From Dimorphilus gyrociliatus (lineage: Eukaryota; Animalia; Annelida), in contig CAJFCJ010000006.1 in assembly GCA_904063045.1 (NCBI GenBank), forward strand, positions 1,527,601-1,591,600: a DNA stretch of 64,000 bases. Direction: 5' to 3'. The notes beneath the pieces are model-generated. The model worked only from the letters and a program-made list of their open reading frames with translations. It made no database searches and was not told the origin of the DNA. The position numbers were made by a program, and so were the translations under genes. How positions within the stretch are numbered: position 1 is the stretch's first letter; every line of letters starts with the position of its first letter. Below are positions 34,760-47,827 of this stretch, in pieces.

Positions 34760-35892
34760 TTACTTTACATGGATGAAAGAGTGTAACAAACGAAGAGAAA
34801 TCAGAATAGACAAGATTTGTCCTGCAGAATTTGTTGTTGCGCATCCTAAAGCATAACTAATAAACTTGAGCAAATAATCTTCTATACTAACCCGACAGTC
34901 TTTGCCAGTGTTACTAGTAAGCACATTTGCATTGGTTAAGCAGTTGTCCAATGTCTTTCCGTTGATTGAAAAATCATTTAAACTCAATTTAATTGGGTAT
35001 TGATGATTCGATATTATTTCGCAACACGCCACTGGTATCTTCTATATTTTATCATGAAATTAAGTTTTAGTTGATATATTTTATTTAATATAAACTATCA
35101 ATATGTAATCATACCGTGGATAAGGAGCTTCCGTCAGATTTAACGTAATGAAATACTCGCGAAAAAATTTCGAAACCTTGATTATCTTTATCGTTAACTA
35201 TTCCGCAGCATTTGAACTAGAATTTTCGTTTACAATTTAGATCGAAAAGTTATCTTTGACTGTCTCAAAAAAACCTTAATCATGGCAGAATCCCATCCCA
35301 AAGAGTATGGATCATTTTTTATCACTATTTTTTCTCGATAATCTATACCTCTGTAAGACATGGCGGCAACATCGGACATGTGTTTGTCAAGATCTTTCAA
35401 TATTTGATTTTGATGCGTAGCCGCAAAGACAATTGCTGTAGATTGTGCAATAAATATAAAATTAGCCAAAACGATATAGATCTCTTTAAGAGCCTTTAAT
35501 TGTGCAACACCAGCGTATAAACCTATAGGGCTAGTTAAGAGGGTTGCAGCAGAACCGCTGATAATCAAATAGTAAGATACTTCTATTAACGTTGTACTAA
35601 GAAAGTCAGCATCTAATAAAGGCGTTTTTATTCTTATGAATAAATTTAATATGGGATCATCTTGTATTTCAGCTATCTTGCTAGCTGACAAAACTATTGA
35701 AATTATTGACAATATCTGTATATTCATAGGATTAATTATTCGGATTATTAATTATTACTATTCTTAAATTACCACATTTAAAATTTGACAATAGATCATA
35801 AACTTATAATCTCTCTTCCGTCCATTTGTAGAAAGCCTACTTGACTCTGCTAAAGTATTATCTAATTCTGTAGCAGTTAATCCATCAATCAT
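34760..35892 (-). CDS. Divergent tetraspanin, about 314 aa
   Basis: Exons 35773-35892, 35275-35715, 35115-35216, 34760-35041 (945 nt, in frame). Four hydrophobic segments; large extracellular loop with FKCCG, PVACC and further Cys before TM4. The CCG exon is missing from the ORF track. Confidence 0.85.
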
Positions 35893-36449
35893 TTCATTGA
35901 TGAACTTTAATCATTCTAGAAAAAATAGCCACAATTTTAACATTTAAATATTTATAACGTCACACTTCATGTTTTATTTATTATAGCCTTACATATTCTG
36001 TGAAATTAACTAAGTTTATAAGAAATAAGTGTATTTTAATTTCTTGTTTAATGTTAAACTATCTTTAGAAAAGTAATAGGGGAAAGAATGAAGATACACG
36101 ATATTAAAACTAGTTGCTATATTTAGTCTCAATTTCTGTATTAACAAGAGATTTTTCTCTATACCTTGTCTTGTTATTCTTCTCACCCTATCTCTCTTTT
36201 ACTTTCACTCTTTGTCTAGAGCTTTTAGGATTGATATCATCCCTTTTTTAGAAAATTGATTCTGGAATTCTAAAAAAGCTTAATGGCGCCATCTTGCGAC
36301 TAGTTTCCTAGTTGATTCTATTAAGTTAAATACATCCCATATTATTGTGCACTAATTATGCAGTAAATTGCAATTCATACAATTGTAATTGCTAGTAATC
36401 TGCACAATTTCCCTAACTGGTCAAATACAATTGATCCACAGAAACGATC

Positions 36450-37494
36450 ATGAGCGAAAAGATAACGATAAAATATCAAGATAGTCTTAATGAAGATGAA
36501 AATGAAGTTATTCTAGTCCCTGATATTGCTGATGTTACATTAGTAAATTCAACTGATAATGAGGAATTATGTAACCTAAAAAATAGTGATAGACAAGGTT
36601 CAGACGATAGTTTAGAATTATTTACAAACACTTTAAACGTCTCTCCAGATGAGAATCGCGAAGAAGAAATTATTATTAAAGTTCCTCAACCGTCTGAATA
36701 TAAAAGGCAAGAAAGTTTTAGTTCTACAATAGTAATAGACTTAAATGGTGAACAGCAAAAAGAATCGATAGAAGATAAGGTGACTGCGTCTTTTCTTCTC
36801 ATCTGTGCTGGTATTTAATGCAAAATTTTTATTATTTAAGGATGCTATTGAAGATGAAGCGGATTCCGGCTTCTCACCTTCTAGAATTAGAGATTCTATA
36901 GAATTAACTCAAACCAAAATGACTAATGATGTGATAAATCTTACTGCTCCTGACCTGAATGATAGACCTATTTCCGTATTTACCCAATCTGTTAAGAATT
37001 TTGACAATATAATAAACGAGTTTGAAGATTACGATTCACCGGTAGTTGATACAGAGGAAGTTGTTCATCAGGTTCATTTTAAAGAAAATATGCTTAAATT
37101 GAGTAAGATTGAGGAAGCTGTAGAAGAAGATAATCATAGCATAGATAAACATGTTGAAAATATGAAAAGAAGTATCAAGGAACTAGACGAAGTATTTCAA
37201 ACAACTACCATACAGACAGAGCAAGAGAAAGAGGAAAAAGATGAAAAAAAAGAAACTGTCGAAAAGGAAGAACCATCGGACTATAAAGTCACTTTTAGGC
37301 AAGAATTAAAACATGAAAACGTAATTCTTTCAAGAATTGATGAAAGGCAGGAGACACCGTCAGTTCTCGAAATTAATGATAATATAAAACAAGAAGAACA
37401 TCAGGAAATAAAAATACTTGATGAGAAACAATCGACTACTGAGGATAGGAAAAAGAAGAAAGTTTCCTTTCTTAGAACACTCTGTTGCTTTTGA
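36450..37494 (+). CDS. Acidic, low-complexity orphan protein (327 aa) ending KKKKVSFLRTLCCF
   Basis: Exons 36450-36779 (AAG|GTGACT) and 36841-37494 (ttaag|GAT), phase 0; E/D/S/T-rich; no family recognised. Confidence 0.75.
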
Positions 37495-40400
37495 GAATAT
37501 TGATAAAAACCAAAGAGGATTATTATTTAATTTAACACAATGAAGATATGCTAGAAATTTTCTTTTCTTTTTCTTGAGTAGTATCTGAATGGAGAATATC
37601 TTATTACTATATTTTCTTTATTAAGTTTTAGATAAAGACTATAGAAAAATACTGAAGATAAACGCTTAATCGGCTAATTAGAAAAATTTCTATTTAATTT
37701 ATTTAATCAATAAACTATTAAAAGTTTTAAATGATCATGCTATGAATATAAAAGTATAAATAGAGTTCATGTATATATCTAAAATGGCGGATACATTTAA
37801 AATAAGAGTACTAATTGGTCTACTTATTGGCCAGACTATCTTGCATTTATAAAAATATTTATTTATTATTTATTAAAAAACTATAATTTCACAATTAATA
37901 ATTATTACAAAATTTATTATTCTGAAAGGGAAAATTTTGTAATCTCTCAACCGGAAGTCATTCAATTAAGAAAAATATAGAGTTCTCAAATTCAAATCCA
38001 TATTTTTTCTATAAAAAGGAAAAGCTTTTTAAAGTTGTTTCTCTATAATATGAAAACGTATCCTTTCTATTATGTTAATTGACAATTTCAATAATTTTCA
38101 GTGTGTTCGGTGCTCAAATAATTGGAATATTATAGTTAAAGATATAATATAAGCTAGATAACTTTTGCACTATTTGCAAACTTCGTTAATTTGAAATATT
38201 ATACTATTAAATGAGTTTTAATGAACGAAAATATTTTCTTTATGGTTTATTCATCAATTAAACGTAAGATCATCTTATATGTTATAATATTTCCTTATGT
38301 AAATAATAATATATAGAACATTTATTCTACGTTCTAAGGAAATATTCTCTTTACTATGAATAATTTACTTATATTTCTTTCAAATTATTGAAGATGCTTA
38401 GGTATTTAACTCTGAATATTAATTCTACAAACTTTCACTCTCTCTGAAGAAAGCCATAGATCTATTCTATTGATCAGAGAGCTCTGATTAAAGAACTTTT
38501 TTCAATTTTCTATAAGTTTGAAATTTAATTCATAGCCTTATGGAAAGGAGGAAATTCATAATTGGACGTCACATGGCCTATAATTTTAGATCAGTCGGCA
38601 TTAAACTGTCTTCCTCTGTCAATAAGTGCAAGAAGGGAAAGTTTTTAAGGGGCATTTGGGCAGGTGAAAGAGTTTTTTTATGATCTGTCTGAAACAGGTG
38701 AAAGTGTATTTGAAGGGTGAAATAATCAATGTAAAATGTGTTAGAAATAAGAGTTTGAATAGCTAGTAAATTCGTAGCATAAAGTTTATTGACACAGCCT
38801 GGAGGAGACACGATTAACCGAACAAAAGCAACAGACTGATGCTACTAATGATAATGCAAGGAGAGTAAAGTCATTAGAAGGAATATCTCATTTAATTCAT
38901 ATTTAGGAAGTCTTCGATATTAGAATAAGTTATTAACTTTATTATAAGTGTTTACTTTATTTTTTATACGGAAGAGGAAATTTCAACTAATTTCCTTTTG
39001 CGAAGACTATTTTACCTGCAAGCTTAATTTGTTAAATATTGCGAAAACCATACTCAACTTTTCAATAAGATTTAAAAAAATTTATGTCGTCAGAGAAACA
39101 TATTGCCAATGGAGAATACGATGAGTAATATTCCATTACACTGTATTACATCTATTAAGTTCTTATATTTTGTTAATAAGTACATAAGAAGCTCTGGCTC
39201 TTTTGTATGATTATAACAACCTAGAAGGACTCATTAACCTGCTTTATTACCCGTAACAAATCATTGTCACTCTGCCCATACATAAAAAAAAAAAGTCATT
39301 TTAAGGAGAAAGTCTCTTTTTCAACAATGTCATCATTCTCCAAGCGATTGATATTTAGCAGAGATGTTGCTTCATCAATTTATAATAATTAAATTTAATT
39401 GATATTCATTATAAATTTTTTTCAAAATATGACCCAATTAAATTTTAAAGTTATCATTAAAATGTATAATCTAATTCTATATATTCTAATAATTCTATCT
39501 TATCATACTGTATATAATATCGTTATACAATTCTATGTAATTATTCAAAGATATAGATTTGTATAATAAAAATTAATTTACTAGCATATTAAAGAAAAGT
39601 TATATGAATAATTTATTACAAACTGAAGCAGAATATGTAGAATTATAGAATTTAAGCTATAATTTACATACTGCAGACTTTTCTACGGATTACTGTTTAA
39701 TATGAAATTGATTATAAAGTTATACGATAATTTAATGTTTAAAAGCTACCATGTCAAATATTATTCATTAAGATGTTGATAAAACTTAAACCCAACAAGT
39801 ATTTTACATTATGCACTGATTTGTTCTTTTGTTCAGACCAGAAAATCATCTATATAATTGTTATTATAAAACTAAGCTAAAAAAGAAAAGAACAAGTATC
39901 GTAATAAATATGCCATAGATCTTTAAAGAGTAACGCTGTCATCAAGTGAAGGTGTTGTTCACTATATTATTTTCTTAACAATCTAAATATCGATTGTAAA
40001 AAATGCAGTAGAGGAAAGATTAACATCTATTAATAAATTGATTCCAATATGAAAAACTAATAAAATTTTTATATATTTCTTTATATTAAAGATGGAGAGA
40101 TTCTTATTCAAATCGAGTGAAAGACTTTGGTCAAAATATCTTGGAAATCAATAAAACTAGTTTTGTGACTAATTCATCAATTTCAAGTTGTTTAGGCTTT
40201 TTTCTAATGTTTTTGCAATTTAACGGATAATTCTTCTATAATAGAGCTATTGTAATAGATTTCTTTCTAATACTTCATCTTGAAGGAATACCATTTTATC
40301 AATGCTATGTTAATGCCGGAGGAATGAAATTCTTCTTTCTATATTTCAGGGAATATCATAGCATCTTTTGAAAACCATTATTTAATATTGATTATCAATA

Positions 40401-40696
40401 CTGTTAATGACAGAACCAATTTTTTTATATTGACATATTATTGTTTCTAAATTATTAAGCATTATACTAATTCAATATTATTGAACATATACAAAGTATT
40501 TATAAAAACAGTTAGAATTATCTTTTGAAGTAAATAAACTAAGAGGTTCAATACAATATCTGCAGAATAGATGTTTAATAGAAGTCAACTAAGAAGAGTG
40601 ATATGTAAGAGAAATAGTTTACCGATTGATTATAAAGGATGACATTCCTTTGGTGTACTACTAAGTTACCTCTTTGTACAGAATATACAGAAGAAA

Positions 40697-40718
40697 TATA
40701 TATATATATATATATATA
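40697..40718. repeat. (TA)n microsatellite
   Basis: Direct read. Confidence 0.9.
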
Positions 40719-43051
40719 CAGTTCCTACTTAATTACTTTCTTAGCTTTTTTGACAAATAACATAATCAGAATTCAGATATAAACGCAAGTTTACCAAAAC
40801 TTTTATTAAAACTGTATTGCCTAAGCCTAAGCTACTATTCATATAACATCATTATTTTAATATATATAAATACTTGCAATATATTAAATTAAACGCTGTC
40901 ACTCATTTATTAGCTATAGCTCTAGAACAAACTAGAAGAAAAACGAATATTACAATACTTTCATATCAGATGTACAATCAACTTTGTTCTCTCTATTTTT
41001 TAATGTAATATTATTATCTTCACAAAATGAGAAACGGAAGTATATGTTATATAATATACATATAAAAGCCTTTTGATTGGTATAAGCAATATCAGCTTAG
41101 ATAGTCAATATGTAATATTAATTTCTACATGAAATAGATAGTACACGCAGGAAAAAATATTAGTTTTTTAGTGACTGACCTGCTTCCTAGAAATCTCAAA
41201 ATACTAGAGTGGAACTCTAATTATTAGGTTCGTAAGAGGATAGTGCTTGTATATAATATAAAACAACATCTATATTTAAATCTGTTGTTTTTATTACTAA
41301 AAATACAATTAATCAATAACAAAAAGTGCTACACTTTGCCTGAGACGTAAAAAATGGAATTAAAAGAACAACACAAGTTCTTCCGATAATTTTTTAGTAT
41401 ACTTTTTATATGGAATATATTCATTTATTATTTATTTCATATCAAATTAAATTCTATAAATATTTTATTGACGTATCAGTTTTGTTACCTTAACAAAGAT
41501 GCTTGTAGAGTTCATTTAAAATCGTTAGTTATAAACCGATTAAAATGTTATATACAGTATACTAATATATATATTTATATTATAAACTTGTAGTTATTCT
41601 TTTTAGGCTATTGTATTCTATATTTCTTTGATAGAAAAGGCTAATGGGTTTAAGCGAATTTTTGTAGGTGGCAATTTAATCTCTATGGTTTAGTTATTCT
41701 TTGGCCATTGCAATTATTAAAACTGTTCAATAGATTCAATCTACGATAACAACTGCTATATAAATCGGAGTAAATAACGGTGATATTAGACGGAAACGTT
41801 TGTTATACAAAATCGGAAAGATAGTTCTCATTGAAGTTGGTTCTGTAAGATCAGACTCCGGAAAAGCCTTTCTTTTACCCCAACTTCAATAGATGAAATT
41901 CGATAGTTAAACATATATAGTGTGCAATAAGTATGGACAGTGCTATAGAAATTCTTCTTGTTACATATCTACAACCTAATAGATCTAATCGAGCATACAT
42001 AAGAACTCGAAAAGGATAGGGAAAGCTAATATCAAGCAATGTATGTTTTCAATCGATGGATTTATACAATGAATATGGTTTGTTCAAAGGATTGCTTCTG
42101 TAAAGGAAAACGTGAGTTTGAAGTATGTTTTGTTGATGCTTCAAATATTATTGAAAATTGGATTGCTCATGTGTGCAAGTAGATTGAGAGAAAAGAGAAA
42201 CATTGTTCACTTTTAATATGTTCCTATCATTAATTAGATTGGAAATAGAGTGAATTGCTGGATACAATTACTAGATATACTTGACGCTTAAAAAATAACG
42301 GAGGGAAGAAGGGGTTTAAAAAACTAATTTACCTTTCAAATATCCGGAAATTGTGAATATTTGAATAATGGTTGTTGAGTAATTCTACAAATCAAAAGGT
42401 TATTCACCTCTCTTTTAGATAGTATTTTTTGGCTAATCAAAAGATGATTATTCTTAGAGAAAATGTATTAATTAAGTGAAATATTCATAATCTTTTACCT
42501 TATAATTATTCATATGCTGTATAATGAATATTTAACTCAAAAGAAAAATAAATCACTTTTTTTTTTCATTGTATTTCTTTACCTTTGTTTTGTCAATTAA
42601 TAATTAAAAGTAATGGCCGGAAGTTCTTATGATCCTTATCAAACTTCTAAGAGCTATTTTTTTGCTATAATATATAGTAGAGACTACTGTATACATTTGT
42701 AAACCAAATACAAGACTACCATTTAGAAGAGTTTCAACTATAAATATATTTTTACAGAAATAAATAGGCCAAATATGGTTAACGGATGTGAACTGTTTAC
42801 ACTGAAGTATCTCATTCAGCTAATCAAGAATGATAAGGATTTTATTAGCTATTCTTTCAAGTATATTCTTTGACACTGTTGTAGCGTAACTGACGTTAAA
42901 AGATGTTCTGACTATTTATGTTTCCCAGACTATAAACTTTTTTTTGAATTGCCATTTAATAGACGTTTTGTATGGTACCGTGCTTCTATTATTGTAAAAT
43001 TGTCGGTATTTTATAATCGGAAAACCGAACCATATGTTATCGTGGCGGGAT

Positions 43052-43065
43052 TCTTCCATGGCAAC
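43052..43065. promoter_or_regulatory. X-box-like (RFX) element
   Basis: TCTTCCATGGCAAC: perfect ATGGCAAC half, degenerate left half, about 330 bp upstream of the ATG at 43392. Confidence 0.4.
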
Positions 43066-43391
43066 TTGACTAACAAAAGTAGGTATAAAGGCTTTTTGTT
43101 GACATACCTTTTATAAATGTTGTCAACAGAATCCACTTTCTGACAACTTTCGGTGCTAAAAGGTGCTTATCGTCTTAATTATCGCCTTAAACGATTAGAT
43201 TATAGTATCAAAAATCGTTCTGTGGGAATTGTTAGCTATGCTTCCTTCTCACTAAAATTCTGCTAATAAATCTTATACACAGGTTAGCATTGATTTATTC
43301 TTTTGAGCGATAAAAGTATTATATCGACCTCAATCGAATGTTTCTCTTTACTCATTTTACATAGTAATTATTTGGCCTATCGTCAGTCAAA

Positions 43392-44600
43392 ATGGCAGAT
43401 AGCGACGGCGGGAGTGACGGCGGGAGCGATGGAGGAGAGTATTTTGAGCCTAAAGCTGATTTGGATAAACTTACTGAAAAACAACAGAAAAAAAGAATAA
43501 AAGATATTCAAAAATGGTTAGTTTCTTTTTTCTTTTCTTCACACCCACCATTATAGAATATTTACATAATCCTCTTCGACAGGAGAGTTTTTATGGACTT
43601 TTTATTCCGTCACGTTGCTATAGCTACCTTCAAGTACAATGTATTCGAAGCTGAAAATTTGGACAATTTTTTAAAGGCCATGGATACGGCTGAACATATA
43701 AGGTCGACCATGAAGTTGAAAAAGGGTGAAGAACCTAGGATAAGCTCTTTCAGAACTATGAAAGATTCTGCTGAACTTTTACACCAAAGAGACTACCTAC
43801 AAGAGGCGAAGGTTCTTCGTGGATTTTTAGACGTTTCCGGTCGAATGAAAGGACTGGGAATGATAGCAACAGGCTTCTTTAAAGCTTTGAAAAAAGGAAA
43901 AGTTAGAGGCCTTGACAAGTTAAAATATTATGTTGACTTTTGGAAAGGCTTCTGCATTAGGACCTACGACTACGGGCAATTGGCAATGAGAGGTGTCGAT
44001 CCAGACTCGCTTAGCGAGTTAGACAAACGATTTTTGCCTTGGCTTTGCGCCGCTAAAACTGCAATTAACCTTTCGCAAAAGTTTTTAAGAAGATCGAGCG
44101 AGGCAACAGGTCTCGATCTCATGTCTGACGATCCGGCGACAATACAAAAGCATATGAAAGCAGCAGAATTTATATTAGCCACAAAAATGGAAGAGATGCT
44201 ATTTGAAAGAGTCAGGCAAGAGACTAAATCTTTCTTATTAGGTGGGTTGACAGAAGATTCCGTCAATAATCTATAGATTTCTCTACAGGATCAATACCAT
44301 ATGCGTTTAATAATAATATTTCTGTTAAATATTTAGGTACTCCTCTGCAACAAGCTGAAAAGACTAAACGCTATGATCTACCTGAATTAGTTGATGTTGA
44401 TTTAGCTTGGATTCAACCTATTAGGGATGATGGTAAATACTACAATAGTCTTTGAATCATCAATTCATTTTATCACATCATATTTAGCACTACTCTTACA
44501 ACTACCTGAAGAGCCTCCAAAAGATAAGAAAAAAGGTAAAAAAGGCAAAAAAGGAAAAGGCGGGGCTGCTGGAGCTAAAAAGAAGAAAAAGAAGAAATAA
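43392..44600 (+). CDS. Uncharacterised protein (about 330-346 aa) with (SDGG)x3 N-terminus and Lys/Gly-rich tail KKKGKKGKKGKGGAAGAKKKKKKK
   Basis: Exons 43392-43516, 43583-44241, 44289(or 44337)-44432, 44488-44600; all phases compatible; helical-looking core; no family recognised. Confidence 0.8.
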
Positions 44601-45103
44601 CTTGAACAATTGAATTGAAAAAGAGAAGAACAGAACTAAAGCTTCGTAAGCTGTCTAAAATGATAATTTTGACGTCAATATTTGAACGCTTTTGGCTTAA
44701 ACTTTACATATTCTTTCTCCTTTCTTTTTCTCTCTATCAAAGGCTTTATAAATATAAATATAATCTTATTTTATTATTATTTCTATGCATTCCTTATTTA
44801 AAGTGGTTTTTTTTATATGTTTGTTTTTCCTTGTGAAGTCTAACTAAGAATTTTATCTTAATTATTTTATTTTTCTGTTTTTTTTGTTTGTTCATTTGTT
44901 TGTTTGTTTGCTTGCTTATTTGCTTCAAAGTGCCAAATCTTTTATTCTATATATACATATATATTTAAAACAAATAGATATGTATATTTGGATATATTCT
45001 CTTTTTTTTTTAAAGAAAAATAGGTAAAATGAAAAAGAAGAAAAAATAAACAAAGAAGTAATAAAGATGGATAAAAATTGTTAATTTCTTACTTGAAAAT
45101 TAT

Positions 45104-46257
45104 TTAACGCATTGTTATACTATTTCCATTCATAAATGTTGAAGATCTTCTCCTTGTGAGGAAAAAACAGAAAAGTTTTTTATAACCATTTCTAAACTTT
45201 TTATTCAAAACTCCATAAATAATAGGATTACACGCACTATTTGCACAACCCAGTAGTAGTGTTGTCATATCGGCTCTCTTAGGTACTTTAGAGTCTCCAA
45301 ATACAGACCAGAACATAGTTACACAATATGGAAGCCAACAGATGATAAATATCAAAATAACAACTAGAAAAGTTGATGCTAATTTCAGATCATCTTGCCT
45401 TCTTCTCTGCTGTCTATGCGTTTGAGTGTTGATAATTTCTGTCGACTTAACTCCATGGACCTGCAGTCTACTTTTCTTAACAACTCTCATTATATTGAAA
45501 TAGGAAAAGGTCATAACAGAACAAGGTCCTCCGAAGCATACACTAACCATAAAAATGGTATATGAAACACTTTTTGGCCATAAACAAAAGCAAAATGATT
45601 GACCTTCCAAAAATCCGTAGGAAGCCCAACCAATTAGGGGTGGAGTGGCTAAGATCATAGAAAAAGACCAAGTACCTTATAGGGACAAAAGAAAGTAACC
45701 AATATAAACCTCATTTTCAGCTATTTTTTAACTTAAACACGATAGTCATGACGTAATAAATAAAATAAGGAATTATAAATTATTTATAAATGAGCAAAGA
45801 GGATACATAAGAAAATAACTATGTAATAAATATGTTGACAAGAGAAACAAACACACTTACCGCTTATTATAAATATAATATTCCTTTTTGTAAATATTCT
45901 CTTGAACATCGATATATGACAAACAAGTATATATCTATTCAAGCTTATTACTCCCAAAAACATAACGCTTCCGACGAATGTTGACATATTTAAAAATCCT
46001 AATAATGTGCAGGCTTTCTCCGTTGGACGCCAACCATTCCTTAATAGTGTAACAATTAAAACGGGTACGTTAATTGATGATACCAAAATATCAGCAGTGC
46101 TAAGGCAAAGTACTAGAGCATTGGAAGTAGACCTCAATTCTGAATTTCTTGTTATTATCTGCCAAAGAGATATATTACCTAAAAACCCTATACAAGAAAT
46201 CATAATCAAAAACGTGACTTCAAAATATTCTCCCGTCTCCAACGTTTTCTTTTCCAT
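45104..46257 (-). CDS. Class A (rhodopsin-like) GPCR with NRY motif; probably orphan/melatonin-receptor-like
   Basis: Exons 45861-46257 and 45104-45675 (969 nt, 322 aa). GN in TM1, L..AD in TM2, SLNRY after TM3, CWLPY in TM6, NPIIY in TM7. A possible tiny first exon 46431-46441 (MENR) spliced to 46297 adds 17 aa in frame. Confidence 0.9.
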
Positions 46258-47827
46258 CAGATGCCTCTTATTAAAGTTACTTAATTCGAAGCACCCCCTA
46301 GTGGTAATTAAAAACTAATATCTCAGAATAGAGCACGAGACTAAAATGTCTCTTAGTGATATTTATTTATTTGTGGACAATCGATATTCAAATAAAACAA
46401 CTGAAAGCCAATTTGGTTAAAGCCATTAACCTATTTTCCATGTTTAATAAAAACTTTCATTTCTTCCCATTCTCTTAAATAATAGCATACTCTAAGCGCA
46501 AAAGAAAAGCTTTTTTTTTTTCTCCTTTTTCAATCTTTAATTAAACATCGTGTAAGAGTCGAACAAAAAAAGTGCATATATACATTTATATTTAGATCGT
46601 CCCCTTGAGAATTCGATTATAGTTTTTCATGTCATTATTAAGTATGAATAATTACCGAACTAAAAACTTGAAATCGTTTCATTAATCGGCTTCATTAAAC
46701 GGTTTGTGTTCAATAAGTAATCAGCTTAACTTTCCCATGTAGAAATTAATCAATTACTTTTAATAGAAATTCTCCTGTCATTAACAGATTAACTTAGTTT
46801 TAGTAGTTTTGGTACAAATTAGACAAGTCGTCAATGACAAATGCACTAGCCCTTACCCTAAGGGGAGAGAATAATTCCTATTATGAAAATCACTTGTTTA
46901 TAAAATATTTCTATACTTTACAAATATTTATCTACAGTACAGAAGCACTTTTAAAATGTAAATTAGATAAAACCATAGTTTATAGAAATACAAACAATAG
47001 CTTTCATACATTTACATGATTCCTAATTCAACTTTTCCTTACTCAGAATCTAATCAAATACACTCCGAAAAAAGTCATGCTATGTTATTATACGTATATT
47101 ATATATACATCCATACATGTATATATGTGTATATTATTATATGCAGCTAATATCTGTATGGTATTTATACATACTTTATACTTTCATATATACCCGTGAA
47201 GTAAATACAAAAAGAGAAAAAAAATAGAAAATCATTATCTATCTTGCTACGAAAGGAAAGTGATAGAACTTAGGCAATACCTATAAAAAAAATGAAAAAT
47301 AATTTAGTATTCCCTGAGGCTATGCAAGGGAATTAACATACTTTTTCCCTTTCCTATTAATTATAATATTAATTTTCTTAAAACATACTTTCTAAATTAA
47401 AGCATGAACGAAATCATGTTTTACTGTTCCTATTTAAAAACAGTAATCTTGTCAATGTCAAAATGATATAGAGAGGTCATGTTAAGGTTAAAGCGAAAAG
47501 TTATTTTTGTACCTTTTGTAAATATTATAAATTGACTTTCCTGCTTAATTAAGTAAGAAATTAAGTAATACTCAATAAAGTGAATAAGTACATAGGGATT
47601 ATAGTAAACAAACTAATAAACAAAGTGTTTTTTAATAAAATATATTCCTTCCAGAAATAGCAATTGTAGCGTGAACACTTGTATTCTGTAACGACTGCTG
47701 CACTTGTAATCGTCTTAACAAGTTAAGTGTCAATTGAGCATAAACGACAAATATATAATAGTTTTCACTATACAAAATTTTATTTCCTTCTATCGAAACA
47801 AATAGCGAGATCTGAAAACTTTCATTT

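Noticed and set aside
38590-38700. GAFGQV kinase-like hexapeptide (plus strand) and the 77-aa minus ORF 38578-38811
   Set aside because: No other kinase motifs, in-frame stops, no consistent exon chain.
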